A DNA stretch of 62,424 nt from a virus (taxonomy: Duplodnaviria; Caudoviricetes): positions 1 to 62,424 of IMG/VR virus record IMGVR_UViG_3300042397_000683; one strand, given 5' to 3'. Positions 58,067 to 62,424 of the stretch are shown piece by piece. The notes beneath the pieces are model-generated. The model saw nothing but the letters and a program-made list of their open reading frames with translations. It had not been told where the DNA came from and did no database searches. A program made the position numbers and the translations under genes. Every line of letters begins with the position of its first letter. The first letter of the stretch is position 1.

Positions 58067-58068
58067 TT

Positions 58069-58527
58069 ATGAGACTACTGCTCAGCATATTGTTATTTTG
58101 GACAATGCGTCCCACAGAAATAACTGTAGCATCTGTACAGAATAATGTACAGATTGGCGCTCTTGCTGGCAATAGGAACTTAGAGTTTGGTGTTAAAAAT
58201 ATGCTAGAGGAGTTCTTGCAAGAAGCAGGACACGATGTCTCCGATGATGCACCAACTCAGATTAAGGTAGAGATTCTTTATTTAGACGTATTAAAAACTC
58301 AGTCTAATCTATCAGTATTCCACAACAATAAGGAAGCTGTAGTAATTAGAATGAGGGGCAAATTAATACAGGATGGAAAGGTTAAAAAGACCGTTATCGT
58401 TGAAGAGCAAGCAGCTGAAGTTTCAATGTCTGCATTACTAATTGACGAGGGCGGTAAATTTAACCAAACCAACTTAAGCTCTGCATTAAAGAAATCTTGT
58501 AACACCTTAATCACTAAGCTCTTATAA
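58069..58527 (+). CDS. Exported protein, short CsgG/TolB-N-like paralogue
   Basis: Hydrophobic N-terminus; 'FGVKNMLEEFLQE' and 'KFNQTNLSSALKKS' align with motifs in 61042..61752. Confidence 0.6.
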   Translation: MRLLLSILLFWTMRPTEITVASVQNNVQIGALAGNRNLEFGVKNMLEEFLQEAGHDVSDDAPTQIKVEILYLDVLKTQSNLSVFHNNKEAVVIRMRGKLIQDGKVKKTVIVEEQAAEVSMSALLIDEGGKFNQTNLSSALKKSCNTLITKLL

Positions 58528-60302
58528 TGAAAAAACTATTGTTTGCCCTTGCAGCAATTCTGCTGCTTACCTACAGCACATCTGCTCAAACAGTTAAATT
58601 AAGTTTGCAAAATGCAAACACCAATACCAATGTTGACGGAAACGTTATCAACAAAGGGGATGAGTTCTTAGTAACGGTAATGGCAGATGGCAATAGCAAC
58701 ACAACTACCCGCGCTCTTTACTTTGATTTTGAATATCAGAATACTGCATTCCAGTTAATGACTGTTAATCATACAGGAACTATGGGCAACGGAGGCATTA
58801 TGCCAGCTGGCTCACAAATTTCAATAAGCCATTACGATTACCCAGGATATAGTTTTGCTAAGACTAGCTTAAATTCTACAGCTAACGGCAACACAAACTA
58901 TATTAACTCCCAATACAATTATACACAGGGAGGCTCTAAGTCAATTCTTCGTGTCTATCTTAACTGGGCTGTTAATAGCGGAGGTCTAGGTAACGATAGG
59001 TTATTAGTTCTTAAGTTCAAACTAAAGACAGATGCTCCAGGATTTGCTTGGAATCCTATTGTAATGAACTTTGCGGCAGCGTTTAATCAGAATGGCACTA
59101 GTGGCTCAACCTTGATGACAACGCCTCTTACAAGCGTTATTATGCTAGACCCAACTGCTACTAGATATATCAATCCAACGATTGATTACAACGCAAATGT
59201 GGACGTGCAATCTCTACATAGAATTGCATTTACAGACTCAGTTGCTAATACAACTTACTTAGTGGACGCCTTATCTGATGGTACAATACCTGTAGACCAG
59301 ACGCGCTTCAAGCCTAATACAGTCTACCACATTAGGACGCTATTTAATATGGATAGTATTAAAGACTTATCCGCGGCAGCAGTTACTGTTTCTGACTACA
59401 CTACTGCGCAGGCTGAGTTTGTTACACAAAACTTAGACGGAACATTCAAGAATCAAAGCATAATTACAGGTGCAGGATATTATGCCTCAGACGTTAACTT
59501 TAACAAGACGTTAGATGGAGGAGACTTAGTTAGATTGTTTGCGCAGGTATCAGGTGTAGAATCATTAGTTACGCTGCCTACTAGTTATGCATCAGGTACA
59601 GATATGTATATGAGTGTACCTACGTTTACGGATTCTACATTTAACGCTATGACGGCGTCTAGCTGGAAGACTGTTGCTAATAATTACGTTCGCTTTAAGA
59701 CAGCCGAAATCGGCAAGAACCTACCATTAAAGATTAAGTTCTTAATCCCAGGAGATATAAACAGAAGCCATAGCTCACAGGTTATTATTAATAATTCTAT
59801 TGCAACTAACGCTGTGCCTAGTTTAAAGAAAAACTTAGCTACAAAGCAGACAGCGCATCTTTTAATTAACACGCCTCAGCTTATTCCATCTATTAATGTT
59901 ACAATTTCAGGTAAAACTGTAACAACTAATAGTTTTGATATACCTGTTAAAGTTTCTTCTGGAGCAACAAGTGTATCAGCTCTGCAATTTGAGTTCGTTT
60001 ATGACCCAACAAAAGTTAAATTTGTAGCGCTTTTAAATGAACTGCCTAACACTTGGTATACCTTTGTGGATAATAAGGCAGGACGCGTAAGATTTGGGGC
60101 ACTAGATAAGGACTTAAAAAATCCAGTAGCAGGAGACCTTACTCCATTTACCTTAAAGTTTGAGACAATAGGTAACGGAGCAGACATTAATAGCTTTATT
60201 AAGGTGTCTCCTAATATGGATGCGGCATCAAAGACAGGATACCAACTAGGGATTAATTTAAACCTAGAGGTTATAAAATTAACGGGAATAAATAACTTTT
60301 AG
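58527..60302 (+). CDS. Secreted protein with two cohesin-like domains and a dockerin-like Ca-binding loop
   Basis: Signal peptide ending SA|Q; 'GDEFLVTV...LYFDFEYQ' and 'DIPVKV...SALQFEFVYDPTKVKF'; 'DVNFNKTLDGGDL'. Confidence 0.7.
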   Translation: MKKLLFALAAILLLTYSTSAQTVKLSLQNANTNTNVDGNVINKGDEFLVTVMADGNSNTTTRALYFDFEYQNTAFQLMTVNHTGTMGNGGIMPAGSQISISHYDYPGYSFAKTSLNSTANGNTNYINSQYNYTQGGSKSILRVYLNWAVNSGGLGNDRLLVLKFKLKTDAPGFAWNPIVMNFAAAFNQNGTSGSTLMTTPLTSVIMLDPTATRYINPTIDYNANVDVQSLHRIAFTDSVANTTYLVDALSDGTIPVDQTRFKPNTVYHIRTLFNMDSIKDLSAAAVTVSDYTTAQAEFVTQNLDGTFKNQSIITGAGYYASDVNFNKTLDGGDLVRLFAQVSGVESLVTLPTSYASGTDMYMSVPTFTDSTFNAMTASSWKTVANNYVRFKTAEIGKNLPLKIKFLIPGDINRSHSSQVIINNSIATNAVPSLKKNLATKQTAHLLINTPQLIPSINVTISGKTVTTNSFDIPVKVSSGATSVSALQFEFVYDPTKVKFVALLNELPNTWYTFVDNKAGRVRFGALDKDLKNPVAGDLTPFTLKFETIGNGADINSFIKVSPNMDAASKTGYQLGINLNLEVIKLTGINNF

Positions 60303-60307
60303 TTAAG

Positions 60308-60661
60308 ATGAAAAATACGATAGCGGTTTTGTTGATAGTGATGCTTGCAGCTTGCCAAGACATTGAAGTGTTAGAAAAGGAAACAAGCCTCGGTTCGATT
60401 CCGCAACTAACAGATATTACTAGTCTTGTAGTGGATAGCAAGCAGGCTACTATTGTAGCAAATACAACTGTAGGGGCTAAATACTCTGTGCAGGTGTACA
60501 AATTCGGAAGTTCCGAACCACTAAGAACTGTTGGATTTACAGCTACATCAGTAGCTACTATTAAGACTATTAAATTAGATACATTGTCTCGCGGGTTATA
60601 TGACTTAACTTTGACGGACGTATCAGGCGTAACAATTAAAAAACCTTTAATCATTAATTAA
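60308..60661 (+). CDS. Lipoprotein with small Ig-like (T9SS-CTD-like) domain
   Basis: Lipobox LAAC; C-terminus 'LSRGLYDLTLTD..G.TIKKPLII'. Confidence 0.7.
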   Translation: MKNTIAVLLIVMLAACQDIEVLEKETSLGSIPQLTDITSLVVDSKQATIVANTTVGAKYSVQVYKFGSSEPLRTVGFTATSVATIKTIKLDTLSRGLYDLTLTDVSGVTIKKPLIIN

Positions 60662-60662
60662 A

Positions 60663-60971
60663 ATGGCAGAAGAACAAGAAGGCGGAGGCTCATTAAAGAG
60701 CATCCTTATCGGACTAGCAAGTACTATCGCACTAGGTGTAGGTGGGTTTGTGACTAAACAATTAACAGGCGAAGAGGAAGCAGCGGCTGCACCAGCGGCA
60801 GTAACAGCTCCAGCACCCGTAATTAACATTACAACTAACAACACGCAACAGCAAAAGCAAGCTGCAAGCGCAGGTGGGGGAACTAAGGTTATTGAGCGCG
60901 TTGTAGAGAAGCCAGCAGCACCTAAGAAGAAGACTGAAAAGGAGGCGCTACAGGAAGAGCCTAAGTGGTAA
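60663..60971 (+). CDS. Single-TM protein with Ala/Pro linker
   Basis: 'ILIGLASTIALGVGGFV' TM segment followed by a low-complexity tail. Confidence 0.65.
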   Translation: MAEEQEGGGSLKSILIGLASTIALGVGGFVTKQLTGEEEAAAAPAAVTAPAPVINITTNNTQQQKQAASAGGGTKVIERVVEKPAAPKKKTEKEALQEEPKW

Positions 60972-61041
60972 AAATACAAACCAATATTGGCTTGTAAATG
61001 ATAATTATCCAAACCAATGGTTTGCATTACTAATATAAACT

Positions 61042-61752
61042 ATGAAGAAGATATTATTCTTGTCACTAATATTGACAACATTTGTTACAAAAGCACAAGT
61101 AGCTTCTGTTAAAACAGAAGCCTACACAGCATCGTTTGAGAAGAAGATTAATATCGATTCATTAATAAACTATGATGGTCCAAAGATTCCTATTCAGCTA
61201 TTGTCTTTAGGTATCAATGAAGAGGTATACGCGGCGTATCCTGAGCTAAAAGACAAGCGTGTGGGTCTTGGTGTCACTAACATTGTTATCGAGTTCCTAG
61301 AGGAAACTAATCGCTTCACGTTTACCGAAGACAAAGCTGAGATTAAGAACAGAATGGTCAAGCAGTTCCAAGCTTCACAGGCTGGAATCTCTGAGAATAA
61401 GCTAGATGGCAGAGGTAAAATCAAGTTAGCTCAATACTTTGTTTACATCGAATGCTACGACTTCTCTATTAGTGAAGATGAATCCATTTCAATTAAAGGC
61501 GACACAAAGCAAACTGTGGTCACGCGATTAGGTTTGCAGGTAAAATTCGTTAATGCAGAGACTGGAGAGTTTTTTACAGGCTCAGGATTAGGAGAAGCTA
61601 AAACTACGCGCGAGGCTACATTAATGAATGACGGCAACTTCGCGGAGGTTAAGTTTAATCAATCTACTATTGGTACAACAACCAAGAAGGCGCTAGAGAA
61701 TGCTTCAGCTAAGATTATCGTTCGAATGATTAAGAAGAAGATATTCAAGTGA
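61042..61752 (+). CDS. CsgG/HfaB-family exported protein
   Basis: Signal peptide KA|Q; 'YDGPKIPI', 'GLGVTNIVIEFLEETNRF', 'GKIKLAQYFV', 'VKFVNAETGE', 'IG..TKKALENA'. Confidence 0.72.
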   Translation: MKKILFLSLILTTFVTKAQVASVKTEAYTASFEKKINIDSLINYDGPKIPIQLLSLGINEEVYAAYPELKDKRVGLGVTNIVIEFLEETNRFTFTEDKAEIKNRMVKQFQASQAGISENKLDGRGKIKLAQYFVYIECYDFSISEDESISIKGDTKQTVVTRLGLQVKFVNAETGEFFTGSGLGEAKTTREATLMNDGNFAEVKFNQSTIGTTTKKALENASAKIIVRMIKKKIFK

Positions 61753-62424
61753 AATGGTTATGGCTTCTGATACTTATTCTGACATTCTTTGGTGCTAAAG
61801 GGCAGGTACTAACACAAGTATTCGTTGACCCTTGTAGCGGAAGAGTAACTACTGTAGTCGTACCAATTGCTAATGGAAAAACAACTGTCGTCTATCGAGG
61901 ACAATACAGAGTAGTAACGGCAAACGATATTACTTCAGGAGCATTACAAGCGTGGATTAACGATTTAACTATTAACTTCCCTTGTCCGCAAGCTACTGTT
62001 GCTGTACAACAAACCGTTACAAACGCAGTTCAACAAGCGGTAGCACAAGCCACAGCAGCAGCAACAGCAACTGCGACAGCGGCGGCTACTTCAGCAGCAA
62101 CATCTGCGGCAACATCAGCTGCCTCCTCAGCGGCATCAGGAGCAGCATCTTCAGCAGCAAGTAGTGCGGCATCGTCAACGCCAGCACCAGCAACGTCATC
62201 ATCAAGCAGTTCAAGTAGTTCATCTCAAGGCGAGAGTAGTTCTCCTAAAACGGAGTCTAAGTCAGAAACAAAGTCAGAGTCTAAAAGCGAAGAGAAATCT
62301 GAATCTAAATCCGAATCAAAAAGTGAAAGCAAGAAAGAATCCAAATCAGAAAAGAAAAGCGAGTCCAAGAAATCGAACGCTGTGGCGAATCCGATTATAT
62401 ATAGCTCGGACTTTACGGTCGCTC
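61749..62424 (+). CDS. N-terminal part of a 423-aa junction-spanning protein (signal peptide, small domain, Ala/Ser and SESK stalk), continuing into 1..693
   Basis: GTG start overlapping the upstream TGA; MKWLWLLILILTFFGAKG|QVLTQVFVDPC...; no stop before the window end; in frame with ORF 55..693. Confidence 0.8.
   Translation, partial: MKWLWLLILILTFFGAKGQVLTQVFVDPCSGRVTTVVVPIANGKTTVVYRGQYRVVTANDITSGALQAWINDLTINFPCPQATVAVQQTVTNAVQQAVAQATAAATATATAAATSAATSAATSAASSAASGAASSAASSAASSTPAPATSSSSSSSSSSQGESSSPKTESKSETKSESKSEEKSESKSESKSESKKESKSEKKSESKKSNAVANPIIYSSDFTVA
62328..62424. repeat. Terminal direct repeat (copy 2), circular assembly overlap
   Basis: Identical to bases 1-97. Confidence 0.97.

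Noticed and set aside
62030-62330. CRISPR array or non-coding tandem repeat
   Set aside because: Repeats are in-frame low-complexity codons (Ala/Ser, SESK) with no spacer structure
58069-62424. Complete curli (type VIII secretion) operon
   Set aside because: No curlin-repeat CsgA/CsgB or recognisable CsgE/CsgF; the CsgG-like proteins lack a lipobox

Overview
This window is an apparently complete, circularly assembled dsDNA phage genome of about 62.3 kb: bases 1-97 are repeated exactly at 62328-62424. It uses the standard genetic code. The host is very likely a Bacteroidota species, based on many TTG-N19-21-TAnnTTTG promoters, AT-rich leaders without obvious Shine-Dalgarno sites, and signal peptides followed by Gln. 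The virion module has a podovirus/crAss-like layout: GroES-like, TerS, TerL, portal, scaffold, major capsid, fibres, ring and muzzle proteins, and three ejection proteins, one of them a 2898-aa polyvalent protein. I recognised no RNA polymerase, DNA polymerase, primase or integrase. The minus-strand arm (20.0-37.4 kb) carries an early amidoligase/glutamine-amidotransferase pair, a lambda-O-like initiator with internal iterons, DnaB, nucleases, an SSB-like protein and an aberrant tRNA-like RNA. The most notable items are: (1) a six-gene cell-envelope cassette after the endolysin, with two CsgG-like paralogues, a cohesin/dockerin-like secreted protein, a lipoprotein, a membrane anchor and a stalked beta-barrel that spans the assembly junction; (2) a second, inverted copy of the origin-like iteron array in front of the terminase genes; (3) a repeat-flanked kinase-like cassette inside the ejection protein; (4) a tRNA-like RNA with a hairpin inserted in its D-loop. 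All family assignments come from motif recognition by eye; no database searches were run.
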